Source: Bacteroidaceae bacterium
GTDB taxonomy: Bacteria > Bacteroidota > Bacteroidia > Bacteroidales > Bacteroidaceae
Reading direction: 5' to 3'
NCBI GenBank assembly: GCA_017534815.1
Contig: JAFXVS010000018.1
Span: forward strand, 27,768 to 91,767
Length of the DNA stretch: 64,000 bases
A program made the translations under genes and the position numbers. The notes beneath the pieces are model-generated. The model did not search any database, had not been told where the DNA came from, and was given only the letters and a program-made list of their open reading frames with translations. The first letter of the stretch is position 1; the number at the start of each line of letters is the position of its first letter. This document shows, in pieces, positions 44,400 to 53,680 of the stretch.

Positions 44400-44785
44400 T
44401 GCCCCGACCCATGCAGCACAAAATCATCATCAGCGGACTTCGGCTCTACGCCTACCACGGCGTGATGGAGCAGGAACGGAAAATCGGAGCAGACTTCATC
44501 ATCGACTGCGAAGTGGAAACCGACTTCACCACAGCCATCGACACCGACAGGCTCGACGGCACCATCTCCTATGCCGACATCTTCGCCACCATCAAGCGCG
44601 AGATGTCCCAGCCCTCCAAATTGGTCGAGCATGCAGCAGGACGCATCGCCAAAGCCATCCTCCGCGACCACCCCGCAGCCCACTCCGTCCGTCTCCGTCT
44701 GCTGAAAAAGAATCCACCCATGGGCGCCGACTGCCAAGGAGCGGGAGTGGAGATATTCCTCGAAAATAATTTAACTAATCAATAA
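44399..44785 (+). CDS. folB: Dihydroneopterin aldolase
   Basis: ..ISGLRLYAYHGVMEQERKIG..F.ID.E......DRLDGTISYADI.. TAATG overlap with the upstream gene. Confidence 0.85.
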   Translation: MPRPMQHKIIISGLRLYAYHGVMEQERKIGADFIIDCEVETDFTTAIDTDRLDGTISYADIFATIKREMSQPSKLVEHAAGRIAKAILRDHPAAHSVRLRLLKKNPPMGADCQGAGVEIFLENNLTNQ

Positions 44786-44798
44786 ACAACCAAAAACT

Positions 44799-46265
44799 AT
44801 GAGTTCAACAACCAACAAAATGACCAACTACCGTTGGGTCATCTGCGCGATGCTCTTCCTCGCCACCACGGTCAACTACATGGACCGCCAAGTGCTCTCA
44901 CTCACATGGAAAGACTTCATCGCCATCGATTTCCACTGGTCTGACGCCGACTACGGCTTCATCACCGCCGCATTCTCCATCTTCTACGCCTTCATCTCCC
45001 TCTTCGCCGGAAAATTCATCGACAGGATGGGTACGAAGAAAGGCTACATCTGGGCCATCATCATCTGGTCCATCGGCGCATGCCTCCATGCAGCCTGCGG
45101 CATCGTCACCATGTCCATCACAGGCATTGAGAACGAAGAAGCCCTCCGCGCCGTCAAAGCCGGAACCGACCTCGCCCTCCTCATCAGCACCGTCAGCGTA
45201 TGGCTCTTCCTCGCCTGCCGCATCGTGCTCGCCACAGGCGAAGCCGGCAACTTCCCTGCAGCCATCAAGGTGACCGCCGAGTACTTCCCCAAGAAAGACC
45301 GAGCCCTCGCCACCTCCATCTTCAACGCCGGAGCCTCCGTCGGAGCCCTCGCAGCTCCACTCACCATCCCCGTCCTCGCCGAGCACCTCGGCTGGGAGAT
45401 GGCCTTCATCATCATCGGCGGCATCGGCTTCATCTGGGCCATCCTCTGGGCAGTGCTCTACAACAAGCCATCCGAAAGCAGCCGCGTGAACGCAGCCGAG
45501 CTCGACTACATCCAGCAAGACAACAACGCCCCGGCCCCCGACCAGCCATCAGCCGCCACGCCCACTCGCCAACAAGCCAACGACGCCCTCCAGATCTCCT
45601 TCATGAAATGCTTCACCTACCGCCAGACCTGGGCATTCATCGTAGGCAAGCTACTCACCGACGGCGTGTGGTGGTTCTTCCTCTTCTGGGCACCCGCCTA
45701 CTTCTCCGAACTCGGCTACAAATCCTCCGACCCCATGGGACAGGCACTCATCTTCGTCCTCTACCTCATCGTCACCGTCGTCAGCATCGGAGGCGGCTAC
45801 CTGCCCAAATACTTCGTCGAGAAGAAGAACATGGAGCCCTACTCTGGACGTATGCTCGCCATGCTCATCTTCGCCTTCTTCCCCATCTTCGCCATGTTCG
45901 CCCAGCCACTGGCCGGCACCTCCGTCTGGTGGCCATGCATCATCATAGGCCTCGCAGGCGCCGGACACCAGTCCTGGTCAGCCAACCTCTACTCCACCAT
46001 CGGCGACATGTTCCCCAAGTCAGCCATCGCCTCTATCACCGGAATCGGGACCATGTTCGGTGGCCTCTGCTCCTTCGCCATCAACTGGGGATCAGGCCTC
46101 CTCTTCACCTACGCCGACGAGCAAGGCACAGCCTTCGAGTTCTTCGGCGTAACCGGCAAGCCCGCAGGCTACATGATCGTCTTCTGCTACTGCGCCGTTG
46201 CCTACCTCATCGCCTGGGCGCTCATGAAGGTGCTCGTGCCCAAGTACAAGCCCATCACGAAGTAG
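44799..46265 (+). CDS. MFS transporter, hexuronate (ExuT)-like
   Basis: ..YRWVICAMLFLATTVNYMDRQVLSL.. and a 12-TM profile. Confidence 0.8.
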   Translation: MSSTTNKMTNYRWVICAMLFLATTVNYMDRQVLSLTWKDFIAIDFHWSDADYGFITAAFSIFYAFISLFAGKFIDRMGTKKGYIWAIIIWSIGACLHAACGIVTMSITGIENEEALRAVKAGTDLALLISTVSVWLFLACRIVLATGEAGNFPAAIKVTAEYFPKKDRALATSIFNAGASVGALAAPLTIPVLAEHLGWEMAFIIIGGIGFIWAILWAVLYNKPSESSRVNAAELDYIQQDNNAPAPDQPSAATPTRQQANDALQISFMKCFTYRQTWAFIVGKLLTDGVWWFFLFWAPAYFSELGYKSSDPMGQALIFVLYLIVTVVSIGGGYLPKYFVEKKNMEPYSGRMLAMLIFAFFPIFAMFAQPLAGTSVWWPCIIIGLAGAGHQSWSANLYSTIGDMFPKSAIASITGIGTMFGGLCSFAINWGSGLLFTYADEQGTAFEFFGVTGKPAGYMIVFCYCAVAYLIAWALMKVLVPKYKPITK

Positions 46266-46331
46266 CGAGAAAGAACGTTTGTGACACGCAAGTTTGAACA
46301 CATATATATTTGTACACATATAATAATAATA

Positions 46332-46361
46332 AAGCCCCCTGGCCGATTGGTCAGGGGGCTT
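46332..46361. terminator. Bidirectional terminator between convergent genes
   Basis: aagccccctg / cagggggctt, a 10-bp stem flanked by an A-rich run and cttttat. Confidence 0.7.
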
Positions 46362-46403
46362 CTTTTATCCATCCGATGGTTTCGTGATGGTTTTATGGAT
46401 AGT

Positions 46404-48524
46404 TTACCAAACTGATTCGGTAAAGTACTCGCTGTTGTAAACGGAGCTTGGGCACAGCTCGATGAAGTCGAACGGCAGCTCATTGTTTTCAGACTCCATC
46501 TTCTGCTGGATGCGCAGATATTGATCCTTTTTACCATCAGTCGTGAAAGTGCCGAAAATCTTACGGATCTGCCTTCCGTTGGAGTCGCCATTGCGGAGGT
46601 TCGGGTCGCCGTCTGATGGAGGAGTCGTGCGATTTCCCGCCGTGTAGCACTTTGGACCCTTCATCCAGCCGAGATTGTGAATAGCCTTGTCGAATGCAGC
46701 CACAGCGTCCTCGTCACCCAAATCAGCATCAGCTTTCCAGTTGAACAGTTCCACACCGTTCTTGCGCATGTCGAATGGGATGCCTTGAGCCTCCAATTTG
46801 TTTGGATCATCACCCAAATAAACCTGAATGATGCCTCGTGTGTCATAACCAGCGTTAGTGAACATACGAACCTCGTACGTGCCAGCAGGAACAGCTGGAA
46901 GCGTGAGCGTGAAGTCGTAACGTCCCTTGAAGAGCACCTCATCGGCCTCATAGCATCCGTAGTAAAGTGAGCGACAACGGACATGCATCTTGGTATGAGT
47001 AGACAAATCGAAGTTGCGCACATAGCCTGGCTTGAAGGCGACATTACGACCTTGGTTGTTAGCAGGGTCGGAGTTGTTCGAACCGCCAGGATACTTGTTA
47101 CTGCCGTTTCCGTGACCACGTGCCACCTCACCATCAGTAAGCTTGGTCATGAAGTCAGGAGACAAAGTAGTGCAGTCGAGACGAATGCAGTCGTTCATAA
47201 CAGTATTCTGCATCGTGAGGTCGTATGCAACGATTTCGTCGATGTAGTGGTAAATACCATTCAAACCAGTTCTAACCACCTTGTAGTTACTCTTCTCCAC
47301 CTTGGCACCACGGTTGTAGCCACCACGTTCGTCGGCATGATGGCGGACACCACGACGGTTAATGTACAGACCTGGCTTCGTACCCGATGGGAAAGAGAAT
47401 TTCATCAGCGAATGAGGCATCAGCGTGCCGTACCAGTCGCAAATGTCATACTTCATACGATTGAAGTTGTACTGTAGCTGGTCGTTGTTCATACTGGTGA
47501 GGGTGTAGTATTCACCATAACGATCAAGGATATGGTAGGATATGAAACGGTTGAGCGCATTGCGACGGTCAGTTTCATCGGTGACGTCCACATCATCTGG
47601 ATAAACGGGGTCGTAAAGTTCGTGAGCCTTAGCACGCAGGTCATCCAACGTCTCGATGCCATATTTATCTCTCAGGATAGAGTCTGGACACAAGAAGACG
47701 GTGTAGTTGAAGTAGCGCTTGATGGGATAAGCCACATTGTCGCGCTCATTACCCGACGCCGTAAGAATCAACAAACTTGGGTTCGTCCATGTACAGGAGT
47801 CGATACGATCCTTGTCGGTCTTCCAACCGTAGGTCTCATCCACGTAATGATCCTGCAACGTGTCCATAATGCCCGTCACCAGAAGAGCCTGACTGTAGAG
47901 CTTACAAACGGGATCTTGCAGGATGACGGCACCAATCAGGTCGTTAGGAGAGCCAACTACCGTGCTCACTGTATGTACGACGCCGTTGGCAACAGAGTCA
48001 TCAGCGTGAGTGATTTTCGAAGCCTGGTTCACATACATGCCCAACACAGAATCCTGCTTCTCTGCATCCCATTCCTTATAAGAGTTGATGCTGAGGATGT
48101 GCTCCAGCATGTTTGACTTCGGATATGGACCATCATTGACGTCGGTCGAGAAATAAGCAGCCTCGATGATGGAGTTCAGCGCGATGGTGTCGCAGTCAGC
48201 CACAGACAGCTCGTCCACCGACGTGAGACCACGCCCTGCCAGATACTTCTCCACCGCCTCGTTCGTCGGAGCGAACACAGTGTAGTCGCCATAAGTGCCC
48301 AACATGTCCACGAGGCGGAGATCGTACTCGCCTCTGGCACGTGCAAGGATTTTCAAATACTCAGAATACTGGCTGCGATTCTGCAGATACGTCGATGCAT
48401 ACTCTTTCGACTGTGTGTAGTAATTCTCCACACCTGGGTCGTCAGAACAGCTCACGACTGCAACCTGCAAGGCCGCAACAACAAAGAGGCCAAGCGCCCC
48501 AAATCTTAACTTTGTAAAATTCAT
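46404..48524 (-). CDS. Fasciclin (FAS1) domain-containing surface lipoprotein
   Basis: Lipobox ..VAVVSCSDD. ..YTVFAPTNEAVEKYL.. FAS1 motif. 706 aa. Confidence 0.65.
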   Translation of the reverse strand: MNFTKLRFGALGLFVVAALQVAVVSCSDDPGVENYYTQSKEYASTYLQNRSQYSEYLKILARARGEYDLRLVDMLGTYGDYTVFAPTNEAVEKYLAGRGLTSVDELSVADCDTIALNSIIEAAYFSTDVNDGPYPKSNMLEHILSINSYKEWDAEKQDSVLGMYVNQASKITHADDSVANGVVHTVSTVVGSPNDLIGAVILQDPVCKLYSQALLVTGIMDTLQDHYVDETYGWKTDKDRIDSCTWTNPSLLILTASGNERDNVAYPIKRYFNYTVFLCPDSILRDKYGIETLDDLRAKAHELYDPVYPDDVDVTDETDRRNALNRFISYHILDRYGEYYTLTSMNNDQLQYNFNRMKYDICDWYGTLMPHSLMKFSFPSGTKPGLYINRRGVRHHADERGGYNRGAKVEKSNYKVVRTGLNGIYHYIDEIVAYDLTMQNTVMNDCIRLDCTTLSPDFMTKLTDGEVARGHGNGSNKYPGGSNNSDPANNQGRNVAFKPGYVRNFDLSTHTKMHVRCRSLYYGCYEADEVLFKGRYDFTLTLPAVPAGTYEVRMFTNAGYDTRGIIQVYLGDDPNKLEAQGIPFDMRKNGVELFNWKADADLGDEDAVAAFDKAIHNLGWMKGPKCYTAGNRTTPPSDGDPNLRNGDSNGRQIRKIFGTFTTDGKKDQYLRIQQKMESENNELPFDFIELCPSSVYNSEYFTESVW

Positions 48525-48773
48525 AACTACTATATAGGTTTTTGTTTTGTATTCGTCATTGGTAAAGTGCTTGATACATACAGAGTATGTAGTTTAGCGA
48601 GGACAAAATTAAGGTTTTATAAGAGATTGACCAAACAAACGCTCATCTTTTCTTCATTTTTTAACACATCAAGAATATTTGTACCACCTTTTTAAACTAT
48701 TTATGTCAAATTAGGTCTTTTAATACAGATAATTTGCAAATTAATATTCATTCAAATCTAACCGACAAAACAA

Positions 48774-50153
48774 ATGGTAAAACTATTGACTAAGGTCGCG
48801 CTTGCAGCATGTCTGTTGATGGCGGGACAGGCGGCATTTGCTGCAGCCCCATGGAAGAAGGGGGCATTTGAGACAAAGAAGTACAGAAACCTCTTCGTCG
48901 AGATGGGCTACTCCAAGAAAGACGTGGACGCCAAGCTCCAGGAAGTCTTCAACGACTGCTTCTACGGACCCAACAAGGTCTATTTCGAAGTGGGCGACTC
49001 CATGGGCTACGTCTCCGACATCAAGAACCACGACGCACGTACCGAAGGTATGTCATACGGCCTTATGATCGCCGTACAATTTGACAAGAAAGACATCTTC
49101 GACCGTCTGTGGCGATGGAGCAAAAAATACATGCAGCATCAAGACGGCATCCGTGAGGGCTACTTCGCATGGAGCTGCCGCACCGACGGCACCCAGAATT
49201 CCCCTGGTGCAGCTTCTGATGGTGAGCTTTACTTCATCACAGCACTCATCTTCGCCTCCAACCGCTGGGGCGACGACACAGGCATCAACTACAAGGCAGA
49301 GGCACAGCGCATCCTCAACTGCACCATGCCGAAAGAATACGACGCTCCACAGCGTCCTGGTGGCTTCGGAGGTTTTGGAGGATTCGGCGGCTTTGGCGGT
49401 GGACAAGGACAAGGTCAGCAACAGCAGGACAATGCCGCTCCGCAAAAGGCGAAAATGTACCTCATCAACCCAGACAGCAAGCTCATCACCTTCACTCCCG
49501 ACGGCGGCGGACAGACCTACACCGACCCCTCTTACCACATCCCAGCCTTCTACGAAGTGTGGGCAAAGTGGGCTGATGACGGTCGCGCAGAATATTGGAA
49601 AGAATGCGCGCAGAAGAGCCGCGAGTTTCTCCACAAGGCCATCAACGAGAAGACCGGTCTGAACCCCGACATGTGCCAGTTCGACGGCAGCGAGATGCAG
49701 GGATGGGGAGGACGCCGCAACGCCAGCAACAACTTCCGCTACGACTCTTGGCGCGTGCCCATGAACATCACCCTCGACTACGAGTGGAGCTGCGCCGACC
49801 AGGAATGGCAGCAGCACTACGGCGAGACCATCCAGAACTTCTTCTACTCACAGGGCGTCAACGACTTCATGGATCAGTACCGCACCGACGGCACCCTGCC
49901 CGAGGAGAACGAGATACTTGGTGCAGGCGGCTTCCGCAAGCTCCGCCACTCCATCGGTCTCGTAGCCACCACCGCAGCAGCCTCCATGATGTGTAACCAC
50001 GACAAGAGCAAAGAGTTCGTCGATGCCCTCTGGAACGCCAAGCACGAGCCCTTCGAGGACGGTTACTTCGATGCCTACTACGATGGTCTCCTCCGCCTCT
50101 TCGCCTTCATGCACCTGAGCGGAAACTACCAGATCATATTCCCCAAGAAATAA
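48774..50153 (+). CDS. Glycoside hydrolase family 8 (reducing-end xylose-releasing exo-oligoxylanase-like) with a Gly/Phe/Gln low-complexity insert
   Basis: ..ARTEGMSYGLMIAVQ.., ..DGELYFITALIFASNRWG.., ..DPSYHIPAFYEVWA.., ..FRYDSWRVPMN.. Confidence 0.75.
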   Translation: MVKLLTKVALAACLLMAGQAAFAAAPWKKGAFETKKYRNLFVEMGYSKKDVDAKLQEVFNDCFYGPNKVYFEVGDSMGYVSDIKNHDARTEGMSYGLMIAVQFDKKDIFDRLWRWSKKYMQHQDGIREGYFAWSCRTDGTQNSPGAASDGELYFITALIFASNRWGDDTGINYKAEAQRILNCTMPKEYDAPQRPGGFGGFGGFGGFGGGQGQGQQQQDNAAPQKAKMYLINPDSKLITFTPDGGGQTYTDPSYHIPAFYEVWAKWADDGRAEYWKECAQKSREFLHKAINEKTGLNPDMCQFDGSEMQGWGGRRNASNNFRYDSWRVPMNITLDYEWSCADQEWQQHYGETIQNFFYSQGVNDFMDQYRTDGTLPEENEILGAGGFRKLRHSIGLVATTAAASMMCNHDKSKEFVDALWNAKHEPFEDGYFDAYYDGLLRLFAFMHLSGNYQIIFPKK

Positions 50154-50212
50154 CCCTGCGTTATTGAACGATAACCCTGCCTTATTGAGCAATAACCCTG
50201 CCTTATTGAGCA
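50150..50212 (+). repeat. 21-bp tandem repeat x3 (ATAACCCTGCSTTATTGARCR), each unit holding CAATAA-N7-TTATTG-type inverted arms
   Basis: Units at 50150-50170, 50171-50191 and 50192-50212. The first overlaps the GH8 stop codon. Confidence 0.85.
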
Positions 50213-50235
50213 ATAAGCAGGCCTTATCGAAAAAA

Positions 50236-50400
50236 GTGACACGAGTGACAGTGACAAAATGACAATAAGCACCTTCCAATGTGCGGAAAGTAGATAATAT
50301 TAAGAATATTATTATATTAATATAATAATAAAATTCTACTCCACCATTTTGGGAGGTCGGGAAAGACCTTATTGTCACTTTGTCATTTGTCACTTGTCAT
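50236..50400. repeat. About 33-bp GTGACA-rich inverted repeats flanking a ~100-bp AT-rich core (MITE-like or complex hairpin element)
   Basis: Left arm gtgacacgagtgacagtgacaaaatgacaataag (50236-50269). Right arm cttattgtcactttgtcatttgtcacttgtcat (50368-50400). Confidence 0.7.
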
Positions 50401-50471
50401 TTTTTTGTTTGTTTTTTTGCGAATCTCAAAAAATCTCCGTACCTTCGCCGCCGTAAACCAAAACATGATTG

Positions 50472-52331
50472 ATGATGCGAAAACGTATATTGATGTCCCT
50501 GATGATGGGAATACTTACGGCCAGCACCTTGTTGGCTCAACCCGCTTATGCTCCCGACATTCAGAAGGAGAAATTGGGGCGTGGAATGGTGCTGCTTAGA
50601 GATGGCGACAGCTTGGTCGTTTCGTGGCGGAGATTGGAAGGAGAGGAGAAAGTTCCATTCAACGTTTACATGAATGGTAATCCATTGAATAATCAGAATA
50701 TATGGGATGCTACCTTCTTCAAAACATTAGCACCTGAAACAGAGGCAGAAATCAAGCTGATTGCCATCAAAGACCAGCGTCAATTCATCTACGAGCAGAC
50801 CTACCGACCCGATTTGAAGGACTACATCTCTATCCCTTTGGAGAAGCCCGCCGACAGAGTGACGCCCAATGGGCAGCGCTATACGTACTCGGCCAACGAT
50901 GCAAGTGTGGGCGATGTGGACGGCGACGGCGAATACGAGATCATCCTCAAGTGGGATCCTTCCAACTCTCGCGACAACAGCCACGAGGGCTACACAGGCA
51001 ACGTCATCATCGACTGCTACAAACCCAATCTCGCCTCTAAGACCTCACCCCAAAACGCCAATCCTCTCTGGCGCATCGACCTCGGCCCCAACATCCGAGC
51101 TGGAGCTCACTACACGCAGATGCTCGTCTATGACTTCGATGGCGACGGACGCTCTGAACTCATCGTCAAGACAGCCGACGGGAGCATCGACGGCACAGGG
51201 CAGGTCATCGGCGACGCCAATGCCAACTGGGTGGACAACGGGCAAGGAAAAGGAAAGGGAAAGACCGTGGGACACATCCTCACGGGTTCTGAATACCTGA
51301 CTGTGTTCGACGGTCAGACGGGCAAGGCGCTGAAGACGGTTGATTATCAGCCACCTCGTGGCGATGTCTCGTCGTGGGGCGACAACTACGGCAATCGCAG
51401 TGACCGTTTCCTCGCCGCCGTAGCCTATCTCGACGGCAAGCATCCCTCAGCGGTCATGTGCCGGGGCTACTACACCAAGTCCTATTTGGCCGCCTACGAT
51501 TGGAACGGCAAAGACCTGACGCTCCGCTGGCTCTTCGACTCTGAACAACATCAAGGCTATTCGGGTCAAGGCAACCACAACCTGCGTGTGGCAGACGTGG
51601 ATGGTGACGGGTGTGATGAAATCACCTACGGCGCAATGGCTGTAGATCACGACGGTTCCCCACTCTACACGACCCGTACAGGACACGGTGATGCCATTCA
51701 TCAGTACGCCTTCTATCCCGACAGCACGCAACTGCAAATATGGGATGTACACGAGAACGAGCGTGACGGTTCCACCTTCCGCGACGCCCGCACAGGACGC
51801 ATCATCTTCCAGATATGTTCCTCCAGCGATGTGGGACGAGGTATGGCTGCCGACATCGACCCTACGAACAAGGGGTTGGAGATGTGGTCATCTGCTCAGC
51901 TTGGCTACTTTGATGTGAAGGGGCAGCTGCATTGTCCCAACGCACGTCTGCCTCAGAACAGCGCTGTATGGTGGGACGGCGACAAACTGCGCGAGCTGCT
52001 CGACCGCAATGCTGTCCTCAAGTTCAACTGGAACAATCAGAAGGTGGAGACCCTCAAAGATTTTAGGTCGGAAGGATGCACCTTCAACAACGGTAGCAAG
52101 CAGAACGCCTGCCTCTCTGCCGACATTCTCGGCGACTGGCGCGAGGAGGTCATCGTACGCGACAACGCCAGTACAGAACTCCGCATCTATTCCACCACGG
52201 TTCCTACTGCATACAGTTACCCCTGTCTCATGCTCGACATCCCCTACCGGCTAAGCGTCGCCACAGAGAATGTAGGCTACAACCAGCCTCCCGAACCAGG
52301 CTTCTATCTGGGTGTGGACAAGCGTAAATAA
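50472..52331 (+). CDS. Rhamnogalacturonan lyase, PL11 (YesW/YesX-like)
   Basis: Signal peptide. ..YSANDASVGDVDGDGEYEIILKW.., ..MLVYDFDGDGRSELIVKTADGS.., ..VADVDGDGCDEI.. FG-GAP/beta-propeller repeats typical of PL11. Confidence 0.8.
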   Translation: MMRKRILMSLMMGILTASTLLAQPAYAPDIQKEKLGRGMVLLRDGDSLVVSWRRLEGEEKVPFNVYMNGNPLNNQNIWDATFFKTLAPETEAEIKLIAIKDQRQFIYEQTYRPDLKDYISIPLEKPADRVTPNGQRYTYSANDASVGDVDGDGEYEIILKWDPSNSRDNSHEGYTGNVIIDCYKPNLASKTSPQNANPLWRIDLGPNIRAGAHYTQMLVYDFDGDGRSELIVKTADGSIDGTGQVIGDANANWVDNGQGKGKGKTVGHILTGSEYLTVFDGQTGKALKTVDYQPPRGDVSSWGDNYGNRSDRFLAAVAYLDGKHPSAVMCRGYYTKSYLAAYDWNGKDLTLRWLFDSEQHQGYSGQGNHNLRVADVDGDGCDEITYGAMAVDHDGSPLYTTRTGHGDAIHQYAFYPDSTQLQIWDVHENERDGSTFRDARTGRIIFQICSSSDVGRGMAADIDPTNKGLEMWSSAQLGYFDVKGQLHCPNARLPQNSAVWWDGDKLRELLDRNAVLKFNWNNQKVETLKDFRSEGCTFNNGSKQNACLSADILGDWREEVIVRDNASTELRIYSTTVPTAYSYPCLMLDIPYRLSVATENVGYNQPPEPGFYLGVDKRK

Positions 52332-52416
52332 CCACATTATTACATATTATTTCACGAGTTTAGGACAAAAAGTGAGATAAATGGGGAGATAGACGCGTTA
52401 TTCAGATTATTTTTCG

Positions 52417-52424
52417 TACCTTTG
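52417..52424 (+). promoter_or_regulatory. -7 box TACCTTTG
   Basis: 12 nt upstream of ATG 52436. Confidence 0.45.
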
Positions 52425-52435
52425 CAACCGCAAAA

Positions 52436-53680
52436 ATGGTTACACTCGTACGACATATTCTCATATTAACGTTGTTGATGCTGACGTGGTTCCCCGTGTC
52501 GGCTCAAGATGCACAGACGGACAAGGAAATGGCTGTGGCTGAGGATTCCGCCACCATCACGCCTCGGTTGGATTCAATCGAGGTTTCCCTTTTGACTTGC
52601 ACGCCTGGCAAGGATATGTATGCAAAGTTTGGACATACGGCTTTGCGTGTGAGGGACTTCACCATCAACAAGGATGTAGTGTTCAACTACGGATGCTTCG
52701 ACTACAATGCCAACAACTTCGTCTTGAAGTTCCTTTTGGGTCAAACGGATTACCTGCTTGATGCAGAGGAATTTGAATTCCTGAAATATCGTTACGGCAT
52801 GTTGGGCAACGGTGTGTCGGAACAGGTGCTGAATCTGAGTCAGGAGGAAGCGAACCGTCTGTTGCTTCTGCTCTTGGAGAACCTCCGTCCAGAGAATCAG
52901 GAATACCGTTATAATTGGCTGTACGACAACTGCACAGAGCGTGCCCGCGATGTGATTGAGAAGGCCGTGAACGGAAAGATTGAATATGCCAAGGTGACCA
53001 ACCCTGAAATCACGGTGAGGGAGATGTTGCACCATTGTCTGGAAACCTCACCCTGGGTAGCATTTGGCATCGACCTCATTTTAGGTTCAGAGATTGACCA
53101 AAAGGTGACTGACCGCATCATGATGTTCATCCCCGACGTCTTGAAAAGAGAGTCAGACGCTGCACACATCATCCGAGAGGACGGCACACAAGTGGAGTAC
53201 ATCAACAGAAGAGCCATTGTGTTGGAAGACACGAACGAACCCGAGAAAGCATATACTGTAGGATCACCATTGTTTGTGTTCTCGCTCCTGCTGTTGGGTA
53301 CGATGGCATTGTTCGCTTATGAATTGAGGAACCGTCGCTACGTGATGTGGTTAGATGTGGTGATGCATGTGTGTCAGGGATTGGCAGGTTTGCTGGTGGC
53401 ATTCCTATTCTTCCTGTCCGAACATCCAGCTGTAGATAGCAACTGGCTCGTCATCATCCTGAACCCCCTACCCCTCTTCTATGCCGGATGGATTATCTAT
53501 TGTCATCGAACGCATCGCCACAATCGGATGGCGTACATCAACTTGGCAGTCTTGTCGGCATTTCTGGTCATCATGACCTTATGTCCGCAGTCGTTCAACC
53601 CAGCCATGTGGCTGCTTGAGGTCAGTTTGCTCATCAGAGCCCTGTCCCAAGCTCATTTTGCTTATCACAGAAAAAGATGA
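52436..53680 (+). CDS. DUF4105-like membrane protein
   Basis: ..VSLLTCTPGKDMYAKFGHTALRV...FNYGCFDY.. N-domain, plus C-terminal TM segments. Confidence 0.65.
   Translation: MVTLVRHILILTLLMLTWFPVSAQDAQTDKEMAVAEDSATITPRLDSIEVSLLTCTPGKDMYAKFGHTALRVRDFTINKDVVFNYGCFDYNANNFVLKFLLGQTDYLLDAEEFEFLKYRYGMLGNGVSEQVLNLSQEEANRLLLLLLENLRPENQEYRYNWLYDNCTERARDVIEKAVNGKIEYAKVTNPEITVREMLHHCLETSPWVAFGIDLILGSEIDQKVTDRIMMFIPDVLKRESDAAHIIREDGTQVEYINRRAIVLEDTNEPEKAYTVGSPLFVFSLLLLGTMALFAYELRNRRYVMWLDVVMHVCQGLAGLLVAFLFFLSEHPAVDSNWLVIILNPLPLFYAGWIIYCHRTHRHNRMAYINLAVLSAFLVIMTLCPQSFNPAMWLLEVSLLIRALSQAHFAYHRKR

Noticed and set aside
45200-46297. 365-aa R/P/H-rich ORF, and the other long ORFs inside the MFS gene (44898-45518 -, 45044-45442 -)
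   Set aside because: These are alternative frames of a high-GC3 gene. Their composition (RPRR, HRR runs) is not protein-like.
50150-50212. Possible CRISPR array (and likewise the arrays at 5353-5410, 25159-25197 and 42788-42847)
   Set aside because: The units are 11-23 bp, with only three copies each and spacers that are absent or too short and non-unique. No cas genes are present. They are not CRISPR.
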